Shown: positions 30,446 to 39,801, counted from the first letter of the stretch. The stretch: DNA of 55,616 bases from Gammaproteobacteria bacterium (GCA_029864225.1 JAOTTU010000001.1:1-55616); one strand, 5' to 3'. Notes: a model not told the origin generated them from the sequence alone. Program-made: numbers and translations.

Positions 30446-31747
30446 ATGATGACAAGCAGCACACAGCATCCGGACCGTATCCGCATCAGTGGCGGTCGCG
30501 TCATCGACCCGGCCAATAACCTGGACGCCGTACTCGACGTGTTTGTGGCCGACGGCAACATCGCGGCTGTCGGGACGCCGCCGGATGGCTTTATTGCGGA
30601 CCACGAAATCGATGCCAGCGGCCGCATCGTCTGCCCGGGACTGGTTGACCTGTGTGCCCGCACCCGCGAACCCGGACAGGAACACAAGGCGACCATTGCC
30701 TCGGAGTCGCTGGCCGCGGCCAGCGGCGGCATCACCACTCTGTGCTGCCCTCCGGACACCTACCCCGTGGTCGAGACGCCGGCCGATATCGAACTCATCC
30801 GGCTGCGGGCCGAGGCCGCCGGCAAAGCCCGCGTCGTGACCCTGGGGGCGCTGACCCGGGGGCTGGACGGCGAGTATTTGAGCGAAATGGCGGCACTCAA
30901 GAAAGCAGGTTGTGTCGGCGTCAGCAATGCCCTGCGCCCGCTGGCCAACACCCAGGTGCTGCGGCGCGCGCTCGAATACGCCGCCACCTTCGACCTGACC
31001 GTATTCCTCTATGCCGATGACCACTGGCTGTCGGCCAATGGCTGCGCCCATGAGGGCAAGGTCGCCACGCGCATGGGCCTGCCGGGAATACCCCAGGCGG
31101 CCGAAACCGCAGCGATTGCTCGCGACCTGGCGCTGGTCGAACAGACCGGTGTACGGGCGCACTTCTGCCGGTTGAGCACGGCACGGGCCGCGCACATGGT
31201 GGCCCGCGCCCAGTTCGACGGCCTGCCGGTCACGGCGGATGTTGCCATCCCCTACCTGTACCTGACCGAGATCGATATCCGCGAGTTTGACAGCAACTGC
31301 CATGTCATCCCGCCCCTGCGCACCACCGAAGACCGCCAGCGGCTGCGCGATGCCGTGCAGCGCGGGATCTTCTCGGCCATTTGCTCGGACCATCAACCCC
31401 ATGATCCGGACGCGAAACTCAGACCGTTCCCTTCAACCGAGCCCGGCATCTCGGGCCTCGACACCCTGCTGCCACTGGGGTTGCGGCTGGTCGATGAACA
31501 GGTCATGAAACTGGGCGAACTGATACACCGCCTGACGGCGGGACCTGCGCGCATCCTGGGGCTGCCCGGCGGGACCCTGGCGGTCGGCAGCGCAGCGGAT
31601 ATCTGTATCTTCGATCCTGAATTGACCTGGCTACTCGACCCATCGACCATCAAAAGCCATGGGCACAACACACCGTTCATGGGCTGGGAACTGAAAGGCC
31701 GCGCCACCCACACCCTGCTGGCTGGCCGGCTGGTCCACACGCTGTAA
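30446..31747 (+). CDS. pyrC': Dihydroorotase-like protein, probably the non-catalytic ATCase partner PyrC'
   Basis: ORF 30380.. trimmed to the ATG at 30446, 5 nt after the pyrB stop. Amidohydrolase fold, but the metal-binding HxH position reads GLVDLCARTREPG (no His-x-His). Confidence 0.85.
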   Translation: MMTSSTQHPDRIRISGGRVIDPANNLDAVLDVFVADGNIAAVGTPPDGFIADHEIDASGRIVCPGLVDLCARTREPGQEHKATIASESLAAASGGITTLCCPPDTYPVVETPADIELIRLRAEAAGKARVVTLGALTRGLDGEYLSEMAALKKAGCVGVSNALRPLANTQVLRRALEYAATFDLTVFLYADDHWLSANGCAHEGKVATRMGLPGIPQAAETAAIARDLALVEQTGVRAHFCRLSTARAAHMVARAQFDGLPVTADVAIPYLYLTEIDIREFDSNCHVIPPLRTTEDRQRLRDAVQRGIFSAICSDHQPHDPDAKLRPFPSTEPGISGLDTLLPLGLRLVDEQVMKLGELIHRLTAGPARILGLPGGTLAVGSAADICIFDPELTWLLDPSTIKSHGHNTPFMGWELKGRATHTLLAGRLVHTL

Positions 31748-31780
31748 GCAGCTACTGCTGCAGAGATCCTGACACCACCC

Positions 31781-32665
31781 ATGCCGGCACCCGCATACAA
31801 ACCACACCGCAGCACGCTGTTTGTCGAGGATGCGCTGATACTCTCGCATGAACGCTACCCCGCAAACCAGTTCGTGCTGCGCGTTGCGGCACCGCAGTGC
31901 GCGGAACATGCCCTGCCCGGCAGCTTCGCGCACATCCAGTGCGCGGCCGCACTGCCAATGCGTCGGCCCCTGTCGATCATGCGCGTCGATGCCGATCAGG
32001 GTTGGGTTGAATTTCTCTACAAGGATGTCGGACTCGGCACCCACGCACTGGGGAGCCGTAAAGAGGGGGAAACCATCAACCTGATCGGCCCGATCGGTAC
32101 GCCCTTCAGCACCGACCGGACACGGCCACGCACCCTGTTGCTTGGCGGTGGCGTGGGCATCCCGCCGATGGTGTTTCTCGCCGACCGGCTGCGCGCGGAC
32201 ACACACTGGCAACCGCTGGTGCTGATGGGCTCGGAAGTCCCATTCCCGTTTTCCGCACGACCGTCACGGTTCCTGGTCCCGGGGATCCCGAAGGGTGTTA
32301 TTGCGGCGATGCCACTGCTGGATGACTGGGGCGTCCCCAGCAGGCTGGCCAGCCTGCAGGGCTACCCCGGGTGCTTCGAGGGTTATATCACCGCTCTGGC
32401 ACGCAGCTGGCTGGACTCGCTGAGCGCGGCGAAACGTGACGAGGTCAGCGTTTACGCCTGTGGGCCCCAGCCGATGCTGGTGGCCGCGGCACGTCTGGCA
32501 GGGGACTATGGTCTGCCCTGCCAGGTCTCACTGGAGGAATACATGGCCTGCGCGGTGGGCGGTTGTGCCGGCTGCACCGTCAGGCTGGTAACACCCGACG
32601 GCCCCGCCATGAAACGCGTGTGCGTGGACGGGCCCGTGTTCGATGCCACGCTGATCGACTGGTGA
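31781..32665 (+). CDS. PyrK-like FAD/NAD(P)-binding oxidoreductase with C-terminal 2Fe-2S cluster (dihydroorotate dehydrogenase electron-transfer-subunit family)
   Basis: 294-aa ORF; RRPLSI flavin motif, LLGGGVGIPP nucleotide motif and the C-terminal cysteine set CAVGGCAGC...C. Confidence 0.75.
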   Translation: MPAPAYKPHRSTLFVEDALILSHERYPANQFVLRVAAPQCAEHALPGSFAHIQCAAALPMRRPLSIMRVDADQGWVEFLYKDVGLGTHALGSRKEGETINLIGPIGTPFSTDRTRPRTLLLGGGVGIPPMVFLADRLRADTHWQPLVLMGSEVPFPFSARPSRFLVPGIPKGVIAAMPLLDDWGVPSRLASLQGYPGCFEGYITALARSWLDSLSAAKRDEVSVYACGPQPMLVAAARLAGDYGLPCQVSLEEYMACAVGGCAGCTVRLVTPDGPAMKRVCVDGPVFDATLIDW

Positions 32666-32678
32666 ACATCCGCAGCCG

Positions 32679-33797
32679 CTAGTCTTCCTCGAGCAACGAG
32701 ATGCCGTCCATCGCGGCGGCGTACTGATCGACATCCCCCTTGTCCAGCTTGACCATGAGGCGCACCTCGTTGGCCGAGTCGGCATAGTGCAGGGCATCGT
32801 CGTAGGTGATCTCGCCGGCCTTGTACAGCTCGAACAGCGCCTGGTCGAAGGTGATCATGCCCTGCTGGCGTGACTGCTTCATCAGCTCCTTGAGCTTGTG
32901 TATCTCACCCTTGAGGACCAGGTCACGCACCAGCGGTGTACCCAGCAGGATCTCCACACATACCCGGCGGCCCTTGCCATCGGCGCGCGGGATCAGCTGC
33001 TGCGCCAGGAACGCCTTCAGGTTCATCGACAGATCCATGAACAGCTGGGCCCGACGTTCCTCAGGGAAGAAGTTGACAATGCGGTCCATGGCCTGGTTGG
33101 CGTTATTGGCATGCAGGGTCGCCAGACACAGGTGCCCGGTCTCGGCAAAGGCAATGGCGTGGTTCATGGTTTCCCGATCACGGATCTCCCCGATCAGGAT
33201 AACGTCCGGCGCCTGCCGCAGGGTGTTCTTCAGCGCCACCTCGTAAGACTCGGTATCGATGCTGACCTCACGCTGGGTGATAACGCAACCCTTGTGCTCG
33301 TGCACGAACTCGATCGGGTCCTCGATGGTGATGATATGGCCGGAACCTTGTTCATTGCGGTAGCCGATCATGGCGGCAAGCGAGGTGGACTTGCCGGTGC
33401 CGGTCGCGCCGATGAAGACGATCAGGCCACGCTTGGTCATCGACAGGTTCTTCAGGATCGGCGGCAGCTGCAGTTCCTCGATCGTGGGGATATAGGATTC
33501 GATGCGCCGCAACACGATGCCGACATGGTTCATTTGATAGAAGGCGCTGGCACGGAAACGGCCCACACCCTCCTCGTTGACCGCGAAGTTGCACTCGTGG
33601 GTCGCACTGAATTCCTCGCGCTGGGTCGGCGACATCATGTTGTACACCATCTCCGCAACTTCATCGGGAGTCAACGGATTCTGGGTGATCGGGCGGATAC
33701 GCCCGTCCACCTTCATACTGGGCGGCAGACCCACGGTAATGAACAGGTCTGAGGCCTTTTTTTCCGCCGCCAGCTTCAATAATGAGGATACATCCAT
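32679..33797 (-). CDS. pilU: Type IV pilus retraction ATPase PilU
   Basis: 372-aa ORF with Walker A GATGTGKST. Lies downstream of pilT and is longer than PilT, as expected for PilU. Confidence 0.92.
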   Translation of the reverse strand: MDVSSLLKLAAEKKASDLFITVGLPPSMKVDGRIRPITQNPLTPDEVAEMVYNMMSPTQREEFSATHECNFAVNEEGVGRFRASAFYQMNHVGIVLRRIESYIPTIEELQLPPILKNLSMTKRGLIVFIGATGTGKSTSLAAMIGYRNEQGSGHIITIEDPIEFVHEHKGCVITQREVSIDTESYEVALKNTLRQAPDVILIGEIRDRETMNHAIAFAETGHLCLATLHANNANQAMDRIVNFFPEERRAQLFMDLSMNLKAFLAQQLIPRADGKGRRVCVEILLGTPLVRDLVLKGEIHKLKELMKQSRQQGMITFDQALFELYKAGEITYDDALHYADSANEVRLMVKLDKGDVDQYAAAMDGISLLEED

Positions 33798-33821
33798 AGC
33801 TGTTACCTCTCTGATGAATTA

Positions 33822-34856
33822 CTAGAACGTTTCCTTGTTGACTGCCTTGGCGCGTGCGTCCTGCTTACTGATCAGACCGCGCGCCAGCAGGTCCTGCAGG
33901 TACTGGTCCAGCGTGATCATGCCGGCGGCCTGGCCGGTCTGGATGGCGGAGTACATCTGCGCCACCTTGTCCTCGCGGATCAGGTTACGGATCGCCGGTG
34001 TACCGATCATGATCTCCCAGCCCGCGATACGGCCGCCGCCGATCTTCTTCATCAGGGTCTGGGCAATGACTGCGCGCAGCGATTCCGACAGCATGGAACG
34101 CACCATGGTCTTTTCCGCCGCGGGAAACACATCGATGACGCGGTCAATGGTCTTGGCCGCCGAGGTCGTATGCAGGGTGCCGAACACCAGGTGCCCGGTC
34201 TCGGCCGCGGTCAGCGCCAGGCGGATGGTCTCCAGGTCGCGCATTTCGCCGACCAGGATGATATCCGGGTCCTCTCGCAAGGCGGAGCGCAGCGCCTCGT
34301 TGAAGCCGAGTGTGTCGCGATGCACCTCGCGCTGGTTGACGAGGCACTTCTTGCTTTCGTGGACGAACTCGATCGGGTCTTCGATAGTCAGGATATGGGC
34401 GTAATTCTTTTCATTAACGTAGTCGATCATCGCCGCCAGCGTGGTCGACTTGCCCGAACCGGTCGGCCCGGTCACCAGCACCAGGCCACGCGGGTTGTCG
34501 GCAATTTTCTTGAAGCTCAAGGGGGTACCCAGGTCTTCAAGGGTCAGGATATCCGAGGGAATGGTACGGAAAACCGCACCGGCACCCCGATTGTGGTTGA
34601 AGGCGTTGACTCGAAACCGGGCAAGGTCGGGGATCTCGAAAGAGAAGTCCGTCTCCAGGAATTCCTCGTAGTCCTTGCGCTGCTTGTCGTTCATGATGTC
34701 GTAGACAAGCCCGTGCACTGTCTTGTGTTCCAGCGCCGGCACATTGATCTTGCGCATGTCGCCATCCACCCGGATCATCGGCGGCAGTCCGGCAGACAAA
34801 TGCAGGTCTGACGCACCATTTTTGACACTGAAAGTAAGCAACTCAGCTATATCCAT
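33822..34856 (-). CDS. pilT: Type IV pilus twitching motility ATPase PilT
   Basis: 344-aa ORF; ASDLHLSAGLPPMIRVDG, Walker A GPTGSGKST and the AIRNLIRE motif. Confidence 0.96.
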   Translation of the reverse strand: MDIAELLTFSVKNGASDLHLSAGLPPMIRVDGDMRKINVPALEHKTVHGLVYDIMNDKQRKDYEEFLETDFSFEIPDLARFRVNAFNHNRGAGAVFRTIPSDILTLEDLGTPLSFKKIADNPRGLVLVTGPTGSGKSTTLAAMIDYVNEKNYAHILTIEDPIEFVHESKKCLVNQREVHRDTLGFNEALRSALREDPDIILVGEMRDLETIRLALTAAETGHLVFGTLHTTSAAKTIDRVIDVFPAAEKTMVRSMLSESLRAVIAQTLMKKIGGGRIAGWEIMIGTPAIRNLIREDKVAQMYSAIQTGQAAGMITLDQYLQDLLARGLISKQDARAKAVNKETF

Positions 34857-35151
34857 GCCTGCTCCCTTGGGTTTGTATGCTAGTCAATGGTTATCGACTG
34901 GACTTCCGGATACTTTATCACTGCCTGAAACCGGTAAATGCGAGACCGGACAGCCGGAACCGGACGCTGCGGGCACCCCTCCAGGGACATTGTTTGCGGT
35001 CACGCCCGGCTGCTGCAAGTCAATCACCCGAGTATGCCGAAATACAACGATATAGCAAGTCACAGCTGTGCCCGGGATATGTGTCACTGGCACCGTGGCC
35101 TGGCGCATGACGGCTTGTCCTGCGCCACTTCGATCATGTATTGTCAAAACC

Positions 35152-35979
35152 ATGAGTAACACGAGACTCGCGTTTATCGGTGGCGGAAACATGGCACGCA
35201 GCCTGGTCGGCGGCCTGATCGCGGATGGCTGGAAACCCGAGTTGATCTGCGTTGCCGATCCCGATGCACAGCAGATGAAAAGACTGGCAGCCAAGTTCCC
35301 GATCGTTACCACGCAGGACAACCGGGTGGCGGTGGAACAGTCCGATGCCGTGGTGCTGGCGGTTAAACCACAAATCATCGCGCAGGTGGCCCGTGAACTG
35401 GCCCAGGTGGTCAGCAGGCAGCGGCCGCTCATCATCTCGATCGCCGCCGGCATTCGTGAAACCGCCTTGCGCAACTGGCTCGGCGAAGACACCGCCATCG
35501 TTCGCGCCATGCCGAATACACCGGCACTGGTACAGAGCGGTGCCACCGCCCTGTATGCCAACCCCCGGGTCAGCGATGACCAGCGCAACCTGGCCGAGTC
35601 CATCCTGCGCGCAGTCGGCCTGGCCCTCTGGGTCAAGGACGAGTCCCTGATGGATGCCGTTACGGCGCTCTCGGGCAGCGGGCCGGCCTACTTCTTCCTG
35701 TTCATGGAGGCCCTGCAATCCGCCGGAAAACAGCTTGGCCTGCCCGAGGAGACCGCGCGCCTGCTGACCCTGCAGACCGCCTTCGGCGCCTCCAAGATGG
35801 CGCTCGAGAGCAGCGATGATGCCGCCACCCTGCGGCGCCGGGTGACCTCTCCCGGCGGGACCACGGAACGCGCCATCGAGGTGCTGCAGCAACATGATTT
35901 CGAGACTATAGTGCGGCAGGCCGTGGAGGCCGCGGCCGAGCGCTCGCGGGAGCTTGCCAGCGAATTCGGCAAGGACTGA
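35152..35979 (+). CDS. proC: Pyrroline-5-carboxylate reductase
   Basis: ORF 35068 (GTG) trimmed to the ATG at 35152 (MSNTRLAFIGGGNMARSL...). C-terminal VTSPGGTTE motif. Confidence 0.93.
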   Translation: MSNTRLAFIGGGNMARSLVGGLIADGWKPELICVADPDAQQMKRLAAKFPIVTTQDNRVAVEQSDAVVLAVKPQIIAQVARELAQVVSRQRPLIISIAAGIRETALRNWLGEDTAIVRAMPNTPALVQSGATALYANPRVSDDQRNLAESILRAVGLALWVKDESLMDAVTALSGSGPAYFFLFMEALQSAGKQLGLPEETARLLTLQTAFGASKMALESSDDAATLRRRVTSPGGTTERAIEVLQQHDFETIVRQAVEAAAERSRELASEFGKD

Positions 35980-36533
35980 TGCAGGGCAGCTACTTCACCA
36001 ATCCGCTGGAATTTGTGATCAGCACGCTGTTCAGCCTGTATATCCTGGCCATCATGCTGCGCTTTCTGCTCGGTGCCTTCCGGGCCGATTTCTATAATCC
36101 CGCCAGCCAGTTCCTGGTCCGCATCACCAACCCACTGCTGGTGCCACTGCGCAAGGTCATCCCCAGTATCGGCAAATTCGATAGCGCCGCCCTACTGCTT
36201 ATGCTGATCCTGCAGATCATCTCGCTGGTGCTGGTGCTGGCCCTGCGCGGTGGCGGCATCCCGGTGGGGGCAGTGCTGTTGTCCAGTATCGCGGAACTGG
36301 TCTCGCTGATGATCAATGTCTTTATCTTCGCCATCATCATCCAGGTCATCCTCAGCTGGGTAAACCCGGGCAGCTACAACCCGGTAAGCTCACTGCTTTA
36401 CAGCCTGACCAGCCCGGTACTGCGGCCTATACAGCGGCTCATCCCCCCGATATCCGGCATTGACCTGTCACCTCTGGTTGCACTGCTCGGCCTGCAGGTC
36501 CTGAGGATGCTGGTACTGCCGCTACTGGCCTAG
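35979..36533 (+). CDS. yggT: YggT family membrane protein
   Basis: 184-aa polytopic ORF with two YggT repeats (...PLLVPLRKVIP..., ...PVLRPIQRLIPP...). Its ATG overlaps the proC stop. Confidence 0.88.
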   Translation: MQGSYFTNPLEFVISTLFSLYILAIMLRFLLGAFRADFYNPASQFLVRITNPLLVPLRKVIPSIGKFDSAALLLMLILQIISLVLVLALRGGGIPVGAVLLSSIAELVSLMINVFIFAIIIQVILSWVNPGSYNPVSSLLYSLTSPVLRPIQRLIPPISGIDLSPLVALLGLQVLRMLVLPLLA

Positions 36534-36631
36534 TCGTTCTCAGCCGGGTTGCCGGCAAGGCCCTGCAAATACTGCCTTGGCGTGATGATTGGGCTATAGT
36601 TAGTCTTAAGAAGCTATGACGGGAGGTAAGA

Positions 36632-37084
36632 ATGAGTCTGAAAAAAATCTGCATGCCCTGGCTATTGGGACTGATGCTCGCTGTCATCTCACCGCTCGGC
36701 CAAGCGGAAAACTCGAAGGACTTTGGTGAGTATGTTGTCCATTACAATGCATTGTCCACTGACATGCTCCCGCCACAGGTGGCACGCGAATACCGCATCA
36801 CGCGCAGCAAGAACCGCGGCATGATCAACATCACGGTACTGCGCAAAGTGCTGGGTAGCCCGGGGCAGCCGGTGCATGCCCATACCCAGGTGTCGGCCAT
36901 GAACCTTGCCGGGCAGGGCCGCACGATTCACATGCGCGAGGTGCGCGAAGGCAATGCCATCTACTACATCGGTGAATTCAGGGTCACCAACGAGGAAACT
37001 CTGAAGTTCGATGTGCGCGTGCGGCCCCAGGGTACCCAGGAATATCTCCAGGCCGAGTTCAGCCAGGACTTCTATACCCAGTAG
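36632..37084 (+). CDS. DUF4426 domain protein (secreted)
   Basis: 150-aa ORF with a signal peptide, a GGAGG RBS and a YVVHYNALSTDMLPPQVAREY motif resembling DUF4426. Its position after yggT matches Pseudomonas. Confidence 0.75.
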   Translation: MSLKKICMPWLLGLMLAVISPLGQAENSKDFGEYVVHYNALSTDMLPPQVAREYRITRSKNRGMINITVLRKVLGSPGQPVHAHTQVSAMNLAGQGRTIHMREVREGNAIYYIGEFRVTNEETLKFDVRVRPQGTQEYLQAEFSQDFYTQ

Positions 37085-37106
37085 GCCCTGCGCGGTATCG
37101 TGCAAT

Positions 37107-37137
37107 ACGCCCGGTGCGCACGAGCCCGGGCGTTTTT
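37107..37137 (+). terminator. Rho-independent terminator after the DUF4426 gene
   Basis: ACGCCCGG-n11-CCGGGCGT followed by TTTTT. Confidence 0.7.
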
Positions 37138-37210
37138 GCATGCACCCTGGCATGCCTTCCACACACACAGCAGAACACATGCAGCGCACAAAAATCATAG
37201 CCAGTCCGCA

Positions 37211-38569
37211 ATGAAGTCCGGCAAGCAGACACTGGGTAACTGGCTTGCCGCCGCCTCCGTCTACATGCAGCCACGCGTGGTCGGCATGATCTTCCTCGGC
37301 TTTGCCGCCGGGCTGCCTTTCCTGCTGGTATTCTCCACCCTCTCCGCCTGGCTGCGGGATGAGGGCATCGCACGCACCACCATCGGATTCTTCAGCTGGA
37401 TCGGCATCACCTACTCCATCAAGTTCTTCTGGGCACCGGTGGTCGACCGGCTGCCCCTGCCGCTGCTGACCCGGTTGCTGGGTAAGCGCCGCTCCTGGCT
37501 GCTGCTCGCGCAGTTGACAATCGCCGTCGGGCTCGCGGGCATGGCCCTGACCGACCCGCATACCGATCTGACACGCATCGCCGGGTTCGCGCTGCTGGTT
37601 GCCTTCGGTTCTGCCACGCAGGACATCACCGTTGATGCCTATCGCATCGAGGCAGTCGACCAGCGGCTGCAGGGTGCCATGGCAGCCACCTATGTACTCG
37701 GCTACCGGATTGCACTGCTGGCCGCCGGAGCCGGCGCCTTCTACATCGCCGCGGCAGCTTCCTGGTCGATGGCCTACCTGGTCATGGCGGCGCTGATGGC
37801 TGTCGGTATCGCTACCACTCTGGTGATCCGCGAACCGGCACACCGTATTGACCAGCGCACCCTTGAACTGGAGGCGCGCCTGGAATCATGTGTCGGCGCA
37901 GGCACCAGGGACAGCGTCTATACGCGCCTCGCGGCCTGGTTCTCCGATGCGGTCATCAGTCCATTCGTGGATTTCTTCCAGCGCAACGGGGCACTGGCGA
38001 TTGTCATCCTGCTGCTGGTCGGGTCCTACAAGCTCAGCGACATCACCATGGGTGTCATGGCGAACCCCTTCTATCTCGACCTGGGCTTCAGCAAGACCGA
38101 TATCGCCAATGTCACCAAGCTGTTCGGTTTCTTTATGACCATCGCCGGCGCCGGACTGGGCGGCATCCTGGTGGTACGCTATGGCATCATGCGCCCGCTG
38201 CTCGCGGGGGCGATACTGATCGCGGCAACCAACCTGCTGTTCGTCTGGCTGGCCCTCAGCGAGCCGCACCTGACCACGCTGGCCATCGTCATCAGCGCAG
38301 ACAACCTCAGTGGCGGACTGGCGACAGCGGCCTTCATCGCCTACCTGTCGAGCCTGACCAACACCGCCTACACCGCCACCCAGTACGCCCTGTTCAGCTC
38401 CCTGATGACGCTCCCGGCAAAGGCCATCGGCGGGTTTGCCGGCTGGATGGTGGACAGCGCCGGCTACGCCAGCTTCTTCCTGTATGCCGGCCTGCTCGGG
38501 GTACCGGCGATCCTGTTGGTCCTGTACCTGGCGCAGCGGGAGGAAACCGCAGATGCCGACCGGGCCTGA
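37211..38569 (+). CDS. ampG: AmpG-family muropeptide MFS permease
   Basis: ORF 37100.. trimmed to the ATG at 37211 (MKSGKQTLGNWL...RVVGMIFLGFAAGLPFLLVFSTLSAWLRDEG). 12+ TM MFS with AmpG-like N-terminal motifs. Confidence 0.88.
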   Translation: MKSGKQTLGNWLAAASVYMQPRVVGMIFLGFAAGLPFLLVFSTLSAWLRDEGIARTTIGFFSWIGITYSIKFFWAPVVDRLPLPLLTRLLGKRRSWLLLAQLTIAVGLAGMALTDPHTDLTRIAGFALLVAFGSATQDITVDAYRIEAVDQRLQGAMAATYVLGYRIALLAAGAGAFYIAAAASWSMAYLVMAALMAVGIATTLVIREPAHRIDQRTLELEARLESCVGAGTRDSVYTRLAAWFSDAVISPFVDFFQRNGALAIVILLLVGSYKLSDITMGVMANPFYLDLGFSKTDIANVTKLFGFFMTIAGAGLGGILVVRYGIMRPLLAGAILIAATNLLFVWLALSEPHLTTLAIVISADNLSGGLATAAFIAYLSSLTNTAYTATQYALFSSLMTLPAKAIGGFAGWMVDSAGYASFFLYAGLLGVPAILLVLYLAQREETADADRA

Positions 38570-38727
38570 ATGCGGCGGCCGTGGCTGAACGACCGGCCAT
38601 CTAATTACATCTTATTGATTTTTAATATTTTATTCTCATTCTCGCACAGTGGGCGGGCACCTGGCCCATGCGTCTTATGGCACGATCGGCTCAAATCGAC
38701 TAGCCTGAGACTGGAGGTTGAGAAAAA

Positions 38728-38919
38728 ATGCAAGAAAAACGCTCCAAGGGACAGCGCCGCTGGGGTATTGCTGCCGAGTTTCCCATCATCGACAGTAACG
38801 GTATCGCGGTGGTCATTGACCGCCGCCGCATTCGGGACAGGCGCCTGGATAACATCCCCATGGCGGAACGCTTGATGCTGTTTGCCCAGATGTTGCCGCC
38901 TCACCCGGACCGCAAGTAA
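38728..38919 (+). CDS. Small Arg-rich hypothetical protein (63 aa)
   Basis: GGAGG RBS 10 nt upstream of the ATG. Codon third positions are GC-biased like the neighbouring genes. An AT-rich stretch lies upstream. I recognise no family. Confidence 0.5.
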   Translation: MQEKRSKGQRRWGIAAEFPIIDSNGIAVVIDRRRIRDRRLDNIPMAERLMLFAQMLPPHPDRK

Positions 38920-38956
38920 TAGCTTCCCGCACCGGCCCGTGCTTGCGGCACCCGGC

Positions 38957-39730
38957 CTACAACGGGTAGTCGTAATCCATGATCAGCGGGGCATGATCGG
39001 AAAACCGCCTGGTCTTGTAGATGCGTGCCCCCTGTACCGCCTCATGCAGGCCGGGTGTGATCACCTGGTAGTCGATACGCCAGCCGACATTCTTGGCCCA
39101 GGCCTGGCCGCGGTTTGACCACCAGGTGTACTGGTCCGGGCCCTCGTTCACGGCACGAAAGGCATCGACATAGCCGGCCGGGCCGAACAACTCATTCATC
39201 CAGGCGCGCTCTTCAGGCAGAAAGCCTGAGTTTTTCTGGTTGCCGCGCCAGTTCTTCAGGTCGATCTCCTTGTGCGCGATGTTCCAGTCACCGCACAGGA
39301 TGTAGTCGCGCCGCTTGCAGCGCAGCTGGTGCAGGTAAGGCATGAAGCGCTCGAGAAAATCGAATTTGACGTCCTGGCGTTCCTCACTGGAGGACCCGGA
39401 TGGCAGATAGACCGATGCCACGCTCAAGGGGCCGAAGCGGGCCTCGATATAACGCCCCTCTGCATCCATGTCCGGCCAGCCCAGGCCGCTGATCACCGTG
39501 TCCGGTTTGCGCTTGCTGTAGATCGCGACGCCACTGTAGCCCTTCTTCTTGGCAGCGTTGAAACTCACATGCCAGCCACGCGGCCAGAACACCCTGTCAT
39601 CCAGCTGGTGCACCTGGGCCCGGGTCTCCTGCAGGCACACGACGTCCGCCTGCTGGCGCACCATCCACTGGAAAAAACCCTTCCTGGCGGCGGCTCGAAT
39701 ACCGTTCACGTTGACCGTAATTATGCGCAT
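38957..39730 (-). CDS. xthA: Exodeoxyribonuclease III
   Basis: ORF trimmed to the ATG at 39730 (MRIITVNVNGIRAA...CLQETR...DHAPL), an EEP nuclease pattern. Confidence 0.92.
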   Translation of the reverse strand: MRIITVNVNGIRAAARKGFFQWMVRQQADVVCLQETRAQVHQLDDRVFWPRGWHVSFNAAKKKGYSGVAIYSKRKPDTVISGLGWPDMDAEGRYIEARFGPLSVASVYLPSGSSSEERQDVKFDFLERFMPYLHQLRCKRRDYILCGDWNIAHKEIDLKNWRGNQKNSGFLPEERAWMNELFGPAGYVDAFRAVNEGPDQYTWWSNRGQAWAKNVGWRIDYQVITPGLHEAVQGARIYKTRRFSDHAPLIMDYDYPL

Positions 39731-39801
39731 GTTTTTCCCCGTACTGAATCCGCGTGTATGATAGCGACCCCGGCACGCAGTTACGATATCCAGCATCCCC
39801 A

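Noticed and set aside
34884-35636. 250-aa minus-strand ORF spanning the pilT-proC spacer and the proC 5' half
   Set aside because: Antisense to proC. Ser/Ala/Thr/Arg-rich, with no RBS or motif. It does not represent the missing yggS, which would be on the plus strand.
36689-37843. 384-aa minus-strand ORF antisense to the DUF4426 gene and ampG
   Set aside because: An antisense artefact of GC-rich coding DNA. It crosses an intergenic terminator and has no motifs.
38678-38692. TGGCAC motif upstream of the small ORF as a sigma54 -24 element
   Set aside because: The required GC of the -12 element (TGGCAC-N5-TTGC) is not at the correct spacing: the sequence reads TGGCACGATCGGCTC. A similar TGGCAC at about 35086 also fails the spacing test.
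38728-38919. Small ORF as a PilZ-type c-di-GMP binder (contains RRxxxR)
   Set aside because: RRIRDR fits RRxxxR, but there is no D/NxSxxG motif downstream of it (DSNG lies upstream and does not fit), and 63 aa is too short for a PilZ barrel.
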